This document shows positions 44,202 through 55,780 of a DNA stretch of 64,000 nt, piece after piece. Position numbers and translations under genes: made by a program. Position 1 is the stretch's first letter. Every line of letters starts with the position of its first letter. The notes under the pieces were generated by a model. It was not told the origin of the DNA and did not search any database. It was given only the letters and a program-made list of their open reading frames with translations. The stretch comes from Nibricoccus sp. (lineage in GTDB: Bacteria; Verrucomicrobiota; Verrucomicrobiia; Opitutales; Opitutaceae): NCBI GenBank assembly GCA_047602425.1, contig JASGHG010000001.1, forward strand, positions 544,001-608,000, given 5' to 3'.

Positions 44202-44714
44202 ATGCTCCATGGCATGAAGTCTCAAAGCGACCGACCCATTTCACCCGAGGTCAAGATAGGTCACGTTCATCTGCGCGTCTCCGATCTGGAGCGCTCGCTC
44301 AACTTTTACTGTGGCATACTGGGGTTCACTTTGATGCAACGCTATGGTTCGCAAGCCGCATTCATTTCTGCGGGCGGCTATCACCATCACATCGGCCTGA
44401 ATACTTGGGAAAGTCTAAACGGCCAGCCGCCGCCAGCGGGAAGCACGGGGCTTTTCCATCTGGCCATTTTGTATCCAAAAAGATCCGACCTCGCGGATGC
44501 CTACGCACGATTGCAAAACGCGGGGATCGAATTGGACGGCGCCGCCGATCATGGCGTGAGCGAAGCGCTTTATCTGCACGATCCCGACCATAACGGCGTA
44601 GAGCTCTACATCGATCGCCCGAGGGAAAAATGGCCGCTCAGTCCGGACGGAAAACTTGCGATGTACACTCATCCGCTCGATCTTGGGTCGCTGTTGCGTG
44701 AACTCGACCGGTAA
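44202..44714 (+). CDS. VOC/glyoxalase family protein (CatE-like single domain)
   Basis: GHVHLRVSDL, GGYHHHIGLNTW, GLFHLAIL, DHGVSEALYL.DPD.NGVELY. Confidence 0.88.
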   Translation: MLHGMKSQSDRPISPEVKIGHVHLRVSDLERSLNFYCGILGFTLMQRYGSQAAFISAGGYHHHIGLNTWESLNGQPPPAGSTGLFHLAILYPKRSDLADAYARLQNAGIELDGAADHGVSEALYLHDPDHNGVELYIDRPREKWPLSPDGKLAMYTHPLDLGSLLRELDR

Positions 44715-44773
44715 ATCGGCTCAGCTGTTCAACCGATAGCACACATACAAAAGCGCAGGCGGATGGACTGCGT

Positions 44774-46021
44774 TCAGTGCGCATCGATGGAAAAGTTTTG
44801 TTCCATTCCCACCTTCACCAAGGCGTCGAGCGGTCCTGCCACATTCACATCGAAGGTCACCTCTTTGACCGCGCCACCCGATTGATTTGGCCGGGCTGCG
44901 ATTTTCACGGTTGCGGAGCGGCCCCGGTCATCGCCTTCAGGTGTGAGCTGTACGCTGAGCGTAGTCACACGCAGGTCGGACTTGCCAAGTTCGATGCTGC
45001 TCAAGTTCCCGTAGGCGGGATTTTCCGGACGCACCCAACGCGCCAGCGGCCCCATCCACACTGGCAGAAGGTCGATATATTGCGGAACGCGCCCAGTGAG
45101 AAGGCCGAGATTCGGCGAAAGCCTTACTATTGCCGGTTCGTCGTTGCGCAACGCGAGATGGCCAAGTCCCAATTTCAAACCCGTCGCATCGCTCCATTTC
45201 AAACGGACCACACCGTCGATTCGACCGCGCGCATCCGACAAGCCGGCGGCCGGCACCAGCAACACGATATCCTGCAAACCCACGCGTTGAAAACGCAGGT
45301 TCAGATCCACCACCGGCGGAATCAATGCCACCTCGGCCGGGTCTACGAACAGTTCGCCACCGGCAATCTCCACCTGCGCCGAAAGAAGCTGGAGCGTGCG
45401 TTGCGGCGTCAGCAACGCTTTCAGTTCCAGGTTTCGCGCGCCGAAACGCGGATGCGCGATGGTCCCGATTTTGAGTTCAAACGGGGCCGTGCTGCTTCCG
45501 CGCAGACCGACCGCATCGATCGCAAATTCTCCGTTGAAAGAAATTCCTTCGAGTTTCCATCCCTGCTCTGCGTGAACGAGCACGCCATCGCGCCACGTGC
45601 AAACCAGCCGACCGGTGATTTCGCCGTTGTGCAACGTGCCGTCGCCAGAAACCGTCAAAAAGCCTTGGGCGGAAACACCCTTCAATCCTTCGCCTAGTCG
45701 TGGCGCCAGCAGGCCCAGCCAGACTGCCGCGTCGACCCGCGCCTGGTCGATATGCCACGAACCTTCGCCTGTCGCTAAATTTATCCGTCCGCTCACGCCC
45801 AACTGCGTGCCGGCTGCGTCGATTTTGTAGGAGAAGCTCTGTTCGCCCGCCGCACCGCGGCCAAACGACATTTTCCAGGGCAGGACAAACTCGGGATTGC
45901 GGGCGAAGAGTTTCAATTCGCCGCCAATTTCCCCGGTTACCGTCGCCTCCACGCCCAGCGCGGCCACACGGCCGGCGACCGCAAACAGCAGAAGGCAAAA
46001 AATGAAAGGAGACCGGCGCAC
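44774..46021 (-). CDS. YdbH-like (AsmA-superfamily) beta-rich envelope protein, short form
   Basis: N-terminal signal/anchor; alternating beta-strand pattern, AGGEL...LQDI....G....GRIDG, C-terminal V.FDVNV.G.L..L; ynbE/ydbL-like genes nearby on the same strand. Confidence 0.6.
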   Translation of the reverse strand: MRRSPFIFCLLLFAVAGRVAALGVEATVTGEIGGELKLFARNPEFVLPWKMSFGRGAAGEQSFSYKIDAAGTQLGVSGRINLATGEGSWHIDQARVDAAVWLGLLAPRLGEGLKGVSAQGFLTVSGDGTLHNGEITGRLVCTWRDGVLVHAEQGWKLEGISFNGEFAIDAVGLRGSSTAPFELKIGTIAHPRFGARNLELKALLTPQRTLQLLSAQVEIAGGELFVDPAEVALIPPVVDLNLRFQRVGLQDIVLLVPAAGLSDARGRIDGVVRLKWSDATGLKLGLGHLALRNDEPAIVRLSPNLGLLTGRVPQYIDLLPVWMGPLARWVRPENPAYGNLSSIELGKSDLRVTTLSVQLTPEGDDRGRSATVKIAARPNQSGGAVKEVTFDVNVAGPLDALVKVGMEQNFSIDAH

Positions 46022-46107
46022 GCCCCTATTTGACTCGCCTGCCTTCCGGCCGCAAGCGAAGGGTTGTAGTTAACAACACCGCTTCACCGACAGCGAAACC
46101 ACCCTGT

Positions 46108-46524
46108 TTACGAACCGGTTTTCACCGCCAAATCGTGAGCCCGCACCGCGTCCTGCACGATTTTCACCAGATCGGTCAGTTGCACCGGCTTCAGCAGATA
46201 GCGGAAGAGTGCGGCCTCGTTGACACTGCGCAGCAGCATCTCGGGTTTCATATAACCGGTCACAAGCACCCGCTGCATGTGGGGAAACTCTTCGCGGCAT
46301 CGCACGAGGAAACCCATGCCGTTGCCGCCGGGCATCAGGTGATCGGCCACAACCGCCTTGAAGTTTTTCTTGCGCAAAATGAATTCGGCTTCCCGCGCCG
46401 ACGTCGCCGTCGAAACATCGAATAGCGGCGAAAGCGTCTGCGCAAAAACATCGAGCAGACTTTTTTCGTCATCGACCAGCAGCACCGAATCGCGAGGGGC
46501 GGAGGGCGAGGCGTCTGTATTCAT
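46108..46524 (-). CDS. Single-domain response regulator
   Basis: VLLVDDE, VADHLMPG, VTGY, LLKP. Confidence 0.87.
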   Translation of the reverse strand: MNTDASPSAPRDSVLLVDDEKSLLDVFAQTLSPLFDVSTATSAREAEFILRKKNFKAVVADHLMPGGNGMGFLVRCREEFPHMQRVLVTGYMKPEMLLRSVNEAALFRYLLKPVQLTDLVKIVQDAVRAHDLAVKTGS

Positions 46525-46652
46525 CAGAGCGATGGATGTAGTTTCGCCGCGGGACGTTGGCAAACCCATTTCTCTGAGGGCTCTCCCCTCCCGTCTCCTC
46601 CCGGTTTTTGGTTGCCCGCACCTGTGGCCCGCGTTGTGCTCATTTCACGGAT

Positions 46653-47663
46653 ATGACGGCGAACGACCTCCACGCCGCGCTGCGCAACAAACATCTCGAA
46701 CCTGCCGAAATTGCACAGCTCACGGCCGACCTCCTGACCGAGCGCAATGCCTCGGGCAACACCCCGCTGCACAGCGCCGCCAAGTACGGCGCGATCGCCC
46801 ACTTGCCCCCCGCGTTGCTGACGCTGGAAAATCTCCTACTCAAAAACGACTCCGGCTATACGCCGCTGCATCATGCGGCTTTGGGCGGCTGCCTTAACCA
46901 ACTGCCACCTTCCACACTCACGCTCGACGCTCTGCATACTCGCAGCAACCTCGGTTACACCGTGCTCCACGTCGCTGCCGCCCACGGCCACCTTGCTCAA
47001 ATTCCAAACGCGTTGCTGACCGACAACCTCGTGGAGATCAAAACCGACTTGGGCAACACGCTTCTCCATGAGGCGGCCGAAAACGGCACCCTCGATCATT
47101 TCCCCGTCGCCCTCATCACGGCGCGCGCTCTCGCCGTTCCCAATGCCAGCGGCGAAACGGTCTTCCACGTGGCCGCACTCAACGGCAACCTCGCGCAAAT
47201 TCCGCCGGAGTTTCTCACGGCAGAAAGCCTTCTCGCCAAAACTGGCTCGGGCGACACCGTCATTCACGCGGCGGCCATTGCCGGGCGCCTGGAGCAAATC
47301 CCGCCGTCTCTGCTCACGCACGCCAATCTCACCATTGCCAGCAAGTCCGGGTACACCGTGATCCATGCCGCCGCCGAAACCGGCCAACTCGACAAAATTC
47401 CGCGGACCGAACTCACCCGCGACCTTCTGCTGACTCGCAACGACCACGGCGACACCCCGCTTCACGCCGCCGCTTACGAAGGGCATCTCGACCAGATTCC
47501 GACCGAACTCCTGACGGGCGAAACGCTCAATATCCGCAATTACGATGGCGTAACCCCGCTGCATACGGCGAAGAGCCGCGGTTTCATCGCCCAAATTCCA
47601 GAAGCCCTCCGCCCCAAGCCCGCCGGACCGTTCAAACGTTTCGTTGCCAGGCTGGGCTTTTGA
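46653..47663 (+). CDS. Ankyrin-repeat protein (nine 33-aa repeats, atypical second half)
   Basis: G.TPLH.AA..G repeated every 33 aa, each followed by L..[IL]P..LLT...L. Confidence 0.85.
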   Translation: MTANDLHAALRNKHLEPAEIAQLTADLLTERNASGNTPLHSAAKYGAIAHLPPALLTLENLLLKNDSGYTPLHHAALGGCLNQLPPSTLTLDALHTRSNLGYTVLHVAAAHGHLAQIPNALLTDNLVEIKTDLGNTLLHEAAENGTLDHFPVALITARALAVPNASGETVFHVAALNGNLAQIPPEFLTAESLLAKTGSGDTVIHAAAIAGRLEQIPPSLLTHANLTIASKSGYTVIHAAAETGQLDKIPRTELTRDLLLTRNDHGDTPLHAAAYEGHLDQIPTELLTGETLNIRNYDGVTPLHTAKSRGFIAQIPEALRPKPAGPFKRFVARLGF

Positions 47664-47687
47664 AAAACAACTAAGGTTGTAGCGAAA

Positions 47688-47714
47688 GGTAGGGCGCGAC
47701 CGCCGGGGGCGCCG
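47688..47714 (+). repeat. GTAG-type REP-like hairpin
   Basis: GGTAGGGCGCGACCGCCGGGGGCGCCG. Confidence 0.78.
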
Positions 47715-47834
47715 AAAACAACGCTGCAGGCCCTGCAGTCTCTCCCCTGCGCATATTTTGGCAAGTTGTTGCCTGCCCACTTTTGGCCTTTCCCTCGTGG
47801 CAAGGGTCATTTTCACTATCCGTTCTTTTCGTAA

Positions 47835-49142
<1,308 letters not shown>

Positions 49143-49150
49143 GCTCGGAA

Positions 49151-49177
49151 CGGACGGCCAGACTGGCCGTCCCTACC
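49151..49177 (-). repeat. GTAG-type REP-like hairpin
   Basis: Minus strand GGTAG-GGACGGCCA-GTC-TGGCCGTCC-G. Confidence 0.78.
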
Positions 49178-49191
49178 AACGATAAATCTCC

Positions 49192-49221
49192 AAGGCCGGG
49201 CCTAAAAAGCCCGGCCTTTTT
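49192..49221 (+). terminator. Rho-independent terminator of eno
   Basis: AAGGCCGGGC-CTAAAAA-GCCCGGCCTT-TTT. Confidence 0.85.
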
Positions 49222-49236
49222 CGTATTCCCGCTTGG

Positions 49237-50388
49237 CTACTGCACGTAGATCGGCTCCTTGATCGTGTCGAAGGTCGAATAGTTGTTGAGCCGGTTGATC
49301 ATGATTTCCGTCAAACGATTCCCCGCCGCAACCAGAAGCACATCGCCAGTGGTCTTGACGTCTGAAACCAGGATTTGCCCAGGTTGCAGCTCGTGGGTTT
49401 GCAAGGACAGCACCGGCTTGTCTGCGGAAATTGAATTTTCCAGGAAGGCCTCAAAGCATTTGAAACAGTTGTCGAGCATGACGAGGTCGTACACGCCGGA
49501 CCGCGACTTCATCTCGTCGTAGGCCCGTTTCTTCACGATGCCCTCGGCTTCGAGCAGCACCCGGTCGTGAAGAATCTTCAGCATGCGCGCGCCAACCGGG
49601 ATGTTTTCCCGCGCGACATTGTCGGACGGATAGCCGCTGCCGTCGTAGTTCTTTGTCTGATACAATACGATTTTAGCCACCGGCTCGAGGCGCGGGATAT
49701 TGACGAGCAGATCGTGGCCGATGCGGGGCGATTTTTCGACCATCGCTTTTTCGCGCGCGGCGAGTTCCACCCCTTGCTCGAGTTTGCGCAGAATCAACGG
49801 CGGCACAGATACGAGCCCGACGTCCGCGAGGAGCGCGGCCATTTCGTAAGTCCAGGTGGCGGGCATGCCTAACCATTTGCCAAAGGTACGAACCGAATCC
49901 CTCAGCTTTTGGCCACGCCCAAAGGCGGCCGGATCGATCATCGAAAGCACGTCGGTCAGCACTTTCACAGAACCAGAGAGCGTGCCTTCCAGCAATTCGC
50001 GCTCCATCGTCACAAGAGCGTAATGCTTCAGCGCCGCTTCCAGCGTGAGTTTCAGCGCCTCCGGTTCGCAGGGTTTGTTGAGGAAACCGTAAATATGTCC
50101 CTGGTTGACGGCATCGGTTGCGGTTTTTTGGTCCGCATTACCGGTTAGCATCAACCGGACGGTATCGGGAGCAATCTCGCAAACCTTGGCCAGCAGTTCC
50201 ACCCCGTTCATGCCCGGCATCTGCATGTCAGCCACGATCACCGCATAGGGACCGGACGACTTTATCAAATCGAGGGCGTCCTGTCCGCCAGTCGCGGTGT
50301 CGAAGGAAAAAAGCTTGCGCAGATTGCGTTGAAACGCGGCGAGCAGATTGGGGTCGTCATCGACAAAGAGAATTTGCTTCGTGTTCAT
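49237..50388 (-). CDS. Response regulator with degenerate HD-GYP-like domain
   Basis: Receiver (FVDDD, ADMQMPG, KP); AALLADVG in place of HDIG; YQTKNYDGSGYP. Confidence 0.85.
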   Translation of the reverse strand: MNTKQILFVDDDPNLLAAFQRNLRKLFSFDTATGGQDALDLIKSSGPYAVIVADMQMPGMNGVELLAKVCEIAPDTVRLMLTGNADQKTATDAVNQGHIYGFLNKPCEPEALKLTLEAALKHYALVTMERELLEGTLSGSVKVLTDVLSMIDPAAFGRGQKLRDSVRTFGKWLGMPATWTYEMAALLADVGLVSVPPLILRKLEQGVELAAREKAMVEKSPRIGHDLLVNIPRLEPVAKIVLYQTKNYDGSGYPSDNVARENIPVGARMLKILHDRVLLEAEGIVKKRAYDEMKSRSGVYDLVMLDNCFKCFEAFLENSISADKPVLSLQTHELQPGQILVSDVKTTGDVLLVAAGNRLTEIMINRLNNYSTFDTIKEPIYVQ

Positions 50389-50409
50389 GGGAGGTAAAGC
50401 GCGTGGCTC

Positions 50410-51627
50410 TTATGGCAGCGAAATTTGATCGAGGGATTGGCGGCCCCCTTGCTGCGCGGTGAGAGGAAGATCCACGGGAATTGGTTCGACCACCGGATGC
50501 AGCGAGGCGAAATTGCGCAGGCGCTGGATTTGCGTGGCGTTCAACGACGTGCCGGCGGACAACACAACCGCGCCCTCGATCGTCGTGACATCTGACGATA
50601 AAACGTGACCCGGGATCAGATCGTTAAGCGAAACGTTGCGCTGATTGCTTCCAGACCCCTTGCGCGGATTTTGGAGCATGGGCCCGCAAGCAGCGACCTC
50701 CCGCACGACGGCCGGGTCGTAGCGTTCCGGTCCTGCCTTGAGCGCTCCCGAGACATCCGAAAGAGATAACCCTTTGTTATGCATCCTAACCACTTCATGC
50801 ACGACACGAAGAATGCGGGCACCCAGGGGAATTTCGGCGCGACCGATGTTGTCCACCGGGAAGCCGGAGCCGTCGAAATTTTTGTATTGGTAAAGCACCA
50901 TTTGCGCGACGCCCTCCAGACGCGGTATGGCCGCAAGCAAACGTGAGGAAAATTCAGGGATTCGATCGACCAGCTGCTTTTCACTGGGTGTCAGGGCTTG
51001 ATGAGTTCGCACTTTTTCGCGCACGCCCGTCGGCAACGTCACAATGCCGACTTCCGCTAGCAACGCAGCAACCTCCACATCCCACGTTGAGCCATGTCCA
51101 AGTTTTCCCGCCAGGTCGCGCGCCAATCTGCGTCGCAATTGGGCCTGTCCGAAAGCCTCCGGATCCAAAGTAGCCAGGATGTCGGTGAGCACCTGCAACG
51201 AACCCTTGAGGGTTTGGTTCAGCAACGCCTTTTCCGTGGTGACGAGTTCGTGTTGCTTGAGCGCGGTATCGAGCGCCGCAGTCAAGGCTTCGGGCGAACA
51301 CGGCTTGGAAAGAAAACGAAAAACATTGCTCCGATTGACCGCCTCGGCCGCCGTGCGCTGGTCGGCGTTTCCCGTCAGCATGATGCGGACAGTGTCCGGC
51401 CAGCCGGCATGGACCGCTTCGAGGAGTTCGACGCCGTTCATGACCGGCATGCTGAAATCGGCCACGATCACCGCATAGGGTCCGCGAGTCCTGACGATCT
51501 CAAGGGCTTCGTTGCCGCCGCCCGCAATATCGAAACTGAAACGCTTGCGGAGGTTGCGCTGCATCGCCGCGAGGACGTTGGGGTCGTCGTCGACAAAGAG
51601 TATCTTTTGATTGGTTTCGGTTGGCAT
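50410..51627 (-). CDS. Response regulator with degenerate HD-GYP-like domain (paralog)
   Basis: Receiver (FVDDD, ADFSMP, KP); AALLAEVG; YQYKNFDGSGFP. Confidence 0.85.
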   Translation of the reverse strand: MPTETNQKILFVDDDPNVLAAMQRNLRKRFSFDIAGGGNEALEIVRTRGPYAVIVADFSMPVMNGVELLEAVHAGWPDTVRIMLTGNADQRTAAEAVNRSNVFRFLSKPCSPEALTAALDTALKQHELVTTEKALLNQTLKGSLQVLTDILATLDPEAFGQAQLRRRLARDLAGKLGHGSTWDVEVAALLAEVGIVTLPTGVREKVRTHQALTPSEKQLVDRIPEFSSRLLAAIPRLEGVAQMVLYQYKNFDGSGFPVDNIGRAEIPLGARILRVVHEVVRMHNKGLSLSDVSGALKAGPERYDPAVVREVAACGPMLQNPRKGSGSNQRNVSLNDLIPGHVLSSDVTTIEGAVVLSAGTSLNATQIQRLRNFASLHPVVEPIPVDLPLTAQQGGRQSLDQISLP

Positions 51628-51629
51628 GG

Positions 51630-54047
51630 TTATTTGGTGCCCATCCAGTTTTGCCGGGTGGAACCGGGGGGTGGCGGAGTCAGCGGCAGGGTCAGGATGA
51701 AAGTCGTCCCCTTGCCCATTTCGGTGGTGAAACTTACATTTCCACGGTGTTTTTTCACAATCACGGCCTGAACAATGGCAAGCCCCTGCCCAGTGCCCTT
51801 GCCGACGGGTTTGGTGGTAAAGAATGGTTCAAATACCCGCTCGCGCACCGCTTCGGGAATGCCGGTGCCCGTGTCCGTGACTTCGATAATGACATTGCCC
51901 GCGTCCTGCCGGGTGCGGATGGTGATGAGCCCGCGCGTGGCGCCGGTTTTTTTGTTGGCCTCCTCGATGGCGTGAGTCGCGTTAATGATCAGGTTGAGCA
52001 CCGCCTGGTTGATTTCGTCGATCACGCAATTCACCTTGGGCAGGTTCGGATCGAGCTCAGTGACAACGTCGGCGACGTACTTCCATTCATGCCGGGAGAC
52101 TCCCACCGTTGTCTCTATCGCTCGGTTTATGTTGGCATGGCTTTTCTCCTCGCCGCCCGGATGGGAAAATTCTTTCAGGGAACCCACGATCTTGCCGATT
52201 CGCCGCAGCCCATCCAGGGACTGCTCAAGGCAGCGCGGGATCTCCTCGATCAAATACTCAAGTTCATTCTCGGTTTCGGTCGCCTTGATTTCCGCCAGCA
52301 CCGGACCGAAATCCGCATGAGCGGCGGCCTGCTCAACCAACTGACGGTGGCTGGCCAAAATCTTTTCCAGTTGGGCAAACGCGCCTGTGAGAAACCGCGC
52401 GTTATCGGAAATAAATTGTGTGGGTGTGTTGATTTCATGGGCCACCCCCGCGGCCAACGAGCCGACCGACTCCAGCTTGTTGGTGAGTTGCAGCCGCGCC
52501 TCCAATTCCCGGCGTTCCACTTCCGCTTTCTTTTTTTCAGAAACGTCGCGCACCGAACCGTGGATGATGGAGCGGCCGCGAAAAGCGAAGGACGACAAAA
52601 GTACTTCCGCGGGAAAACACGAGCCATCCTTGCGTTGATGCATCCACTCGAATTGGCAACTGCCGTTTTGCAGGGCCTGCTGGATATAATCCGCCGCCGT
52701 GACGGCTGAGTCACGCCCATCGGGCTGTTCGGATGGAGATACGTCCTTGGGTTGGAGTTTCATCAACTCGTCCTTGGAGTAGCCAAACATCTCAAGCGCC
52801 TTGGGATTGCAGTCGATCAATTTGTTATCGCACAGCAACAGGATGGCGTCGCTCGCTCCGGAAAATATCGCCTTCAAAAGCGCTTCGCTCTCACGCTGCG
52901 CCTCCTCCGCTTTTTTGCGCTCGGTGATGTCCTCTTTTACGGCGACGTAGTGCGTGATAATGCCCTGCTCGTTTCTGATTCCCGACATCGTCGCCCGCTC
53001 CCAAAAGAGTTCTCCGTTTTTTCGGCGATTTTGCAGATCCCCCAACCACTCGCGCCCGGCAGACAACGTGGACCACATTTCACGATAAAATTCATCGGAC
53101 TGAGTGCCGGACTTTAAAATCCTGGGATTCTTCCCGATCACTTCGTTCGCCGCGTAGCCGGTGACTTTTTCGAAGTAAGGATTAACGTATTCGATCCGCC
53201 CCTGCGTATCCGTGATGATGATCGACGACAAACTTTGCTCCACCGCACACGAAAGCATGCGCAGGCGCTCCTGAGCGATTTTCTGCACGGTGATGTCGCG
53301 TGAGATGCCATACGTGCCGACCAATTTTCCGGCGCGGTTATAAAACGGCAGCTTCGTCGTGCTTACCCAAACCATGCTACCATCACTAAACGTTTCCTTT
53401 TCCTCCAGATCGATCACGGGTTGGCCGGTGCGAATAACGCGTTGTTCGTCCTGAAAAGCCGGGGCGGCGTGTTCGACCGTGAAGTAATCGAAATCCGTTT
53501 TGCCGATGCAATCCCTCGGATCCGGCAGCCCAAACTTCGTGGCCTGCGCCCGGCTGACCCTGAGAAACCGGCTGGCAACGTCCTTGAAGTAGATGGAATT
53601 CTGGGTCGTCTCCAAAAGCGCATGCAGCATGTCCTCGTCGGTCACCGCATTGTCTCCGCCTTCCTCCATTGCCTGGGTTATACCCGCATAGAGATACACG
53701 TGTCGCGTCCCTTCGCCGGCGACAGACGGTCCTTCGAGAAATTGCACGCGAACCGGAAATTCGCTGCCCAGCATATCCCGCAGGCTGATAGTTCCCTTCC
53801 AGAAACCGCGTACGTGGAGTTGCAGATAAATTTCCCGCTGGAAACGATCGTAGTCGTGCACCCCGATAAAATCGGCGATGGTCAGTTTTGAGAAATCGAC
53901 GGCTCCGCCCGGGTCGAGCCGGTTCAGTCCCGCTGGGTTCAGATAGACCGGTCGCAGTTCGGGCAAAGTAAAGACGGCGAAAACTCCCGGCAGTAATTTA
54001 CCGATAGCATAGAGATCGGCTTGCAAGACTGGTGCGTCGCCGGTCAT
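51630..54047 (-). CDS. Cytoplasmic multi-PAS sensor histidine kinase
   Basis: Four PAS-like segments; [38 protein letters not shown]; no TM helix seen. Confidence 0.92.
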   Translation of the reverse strand: MTGDAPVLQADLYAIGKLLPGVFAVFTLPELRPVYLNPAGLNRLDPGGAVDFSKLTIADFIGVHDYDRFQREIYLQLHVRGFWKGTISLRDMLGSEFPVRVQFLEGPSVAGEGTRHVYLYAGITQAMEEGGDNAVTDEDMLHALLETTQNSIYFKDVASRFLRVSRAQATKFGLPDPRDCIGKTDFDYFTVEHAAPAFQDEQRVIRTGQPVIDLEEKETFSDGSMVWVSTTKLPFYNRAGKLVGTYGISRDITVQKIAQERLRMLSCAVEQSLSSIIITDTQGRIEYVNPYFEKVTGYAANEVIGKNPRILKSGTQSDEFYREMWSTLSAGREWLGDLQNRRKNGELFWERATMSGIRNEQGIITHYVAVKEDITERKKAEEAQRESEALLKAIFSGASDAILLLCDNKLIDCNPKALEMFGYSKDELMKLQPKDVSPSEQPDGRDSAVTAADYIQQALQNGSCQFEWMHQRKDGSCFPAEVLLSSFAFRGRSIIHGSVRDVSEKKKAEVERRELEARLQLTNKLESVGSLAAGVAHEINTPTQFISDNARFLTGAFAQLEKILASHRQLVEQAAAHADFGPVLAEIKATETENELEYLIEEIPRCLEQSLDGLRRIGKIVGSLKEFSHPGGEEKSHANINRAIETTVGVSRHEWKYVADVVTELDPNLPKVNCVIDEINQAVLNLIINATHAIEEANKKTGATRGLITIRTRQDAGNVIIEVTDTGTGIPEAVRERVFEPFFTTKPVGKGTGQGLAIVQAVIVKKHRGNVSFTTEMGKGTTFILTLPLTPPPPGSTRQNWMGTK

Positions 54048-54220
54048 GCGTCCATCCCCGCGCTTCGGTATGATTGTTGGTCCTCGTGCATGTTTTAGTC
54101 GTCGGTGACGTCAAACCTTTCAACAGCTCCCATGGGTATCGGCCCGATTCGCGCAAACTCAAGCTGTCTCCCCTTTTTGCCCGGATGGGATCTTTAAGTA
54201 ACCGGCAACCGCTCCGCTGT

Positions 54221-55438
54221 CTACACGCTGAAATGCAAAGCCAGCTTGGTCGGTCGGCGAATGGCGGCGCACTCGCCATGGCGCGCAGCGACGTCGTGCG
54301 TGAGCATTTTCTCGATAAAACGCGGGGTTAGCACCACGCCTTCGTTGAACATCGGAATCATGCTGACCGATGACGGCGGAAACGGTCCCGCCAAAATATC
54401 GAGCGCATTGACCGACCCCGGCGCCAACAAACGTCTTTCGCACGGCGCCATCGCCGTGAGCAAACAAAAGGGCAGATTCTCGATCAACAAATCGTAGGAC
54501 CGGTTGGTCGTGGGGACAGGTAGTGGCGGGCTCGATACATCGAGTCGGATCGCACGGGACATCAGCGGCTGCGCCACCTCGCCCGCCCGCACACGCATCA
54601 TGCGCGTAAAACCAATTCCGATCATTCGCGCTTGTTCGGCCATGAAGCCGGTGATTTCCACATCGGTCAGAGGCCGGCGTCCGAGCGAGCGCTCGAATAA
54701 TGCCTGGGCCGAGGCCGAATCACCCACAAGCACCAAATCCAGCCAGGAATCCTGCTCGGGCATCATCAATCCGCTCCAGGCACAGAATTCGCCAAAATGA
54801 AACTCCGGCGGACGCGACCGCGGCGTCACGCCTTGCAAGGCGAGGCGCAATTCCAACAACGCGATCGAAAGCATATAGCGAACTTCGTGATCGCTGAAAT
54901 CCGTCGGCTTCAGCTCGGTTTTTTTGTGGGTAACCGATGGTTTTTCTTCGAGCGCCGGCTCCGGGCGCTCAGCAGCGCCTTGACGCTTGCTGATAAGTTC
55001 GCCCAGCAGGCTGTTGCGCTGGATCAGGGCTTCGTTGGCCTCGATCTGCTTCACCAATTCCTGTTGGTATTCCACCATGCGGCGAGCCACGCGCAGACGG
55101 GCCTGCATTTCGGCCACGTTGAATGGCTTCGAAACAAAATCGTCGGCGCCCGCATCGAGTCCGGCGGCGATCTCTTCCTTGCCGTGTTTGGCGCTCAGCA
55201 TGATGACGTACGGCCGCACCTTGGGCTTGGCCTCGCGAATTTTTCGCAGCACCGCAATGCCGTCCATCCCCGGCAGCATCCAATCCAACAGCACGATCGG
55301 CGGCGCATTCGGTGCAAGCGCTGCGAGCAGACCGTTCGGACCGTCGGTCAAAATTGTCGGCTTATAGCCGGATTTTTCCACGAACATCTTCATGATCCGC
55401 TGGGCAACAGGATCATCATCCACGACAAGGATATTCAT
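54221..55438 (-). CDS. Response regulator with unusual C-terminal region (CheX/CheC-like fold suspected)
   Basis: Receiver VVDDD, LLDWMLPG, GADDFVSKPF, then a coiled coil and a C-terminal region with no GGDEF or HTH. Confidence 0.75.
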   Translation of the reverse strand: MNILVVDDDPVAQRIMKMFVEKSGYKPTILTDGPNGLLAALAPNAPPIVLLDWMLPGMDGIAVLRKIREAKPKVRPYVIMLSAKHGKEEIAAGLDAGADDFVSKPFNVAEMQARLRVARRMVEYQQELVKQIEANEALIQRNSLLGELISKRQGAAERPEPALEEKPSVTHKKTELKPTDFSDHEVRYMLSIALLELRLALQGVTPRSRPPEFHFGEFCAWSGLMMPEQDSWLDLVLVGDSASAQALFERSLGRRPLTDVEITGFMAEQARMIGIGFTRMMRVRAGEVAQPLMSRAIRLDVSSPPLPVPTTNRSYDLLIENLPFCLLTAMAPCERRLLAPGSVNALDILAGPFPPSSVSMIPMFNEGVVLTPRFIEKMLTHDVAARHGECAAIRRPTKLALHFSV

Positions 55439-55780
55439 GGTTTTAAGTGCAAATAGGTCTTGGCCCGGAAGGGAACCGGGCGTTCTCCCCTATTCATCGG
55501 CCGGAAAACGAAAAGCATAAGGATTGATCTTCCAACATTTATCGCAAACCGGGATCGCGCGAGGTCATTACGGCAACTTTCGCTCCGACTTTATTCACCT
55601 AATAGAGAGCGTCTTCCCGGAATCTAAATTCTTCCGCTGGTTCTCGCCTCTCAGCAACCACCCGGTCCCTGCAAACCGGGCTGAATCAATGACAAATTCC
55701 GAGGGAATCTGCTCATTCCCGTACTAAAGCAAACCCGATCCGAGCCGATATAAGCCCTACTGAACAAGACCCTTACCTCC

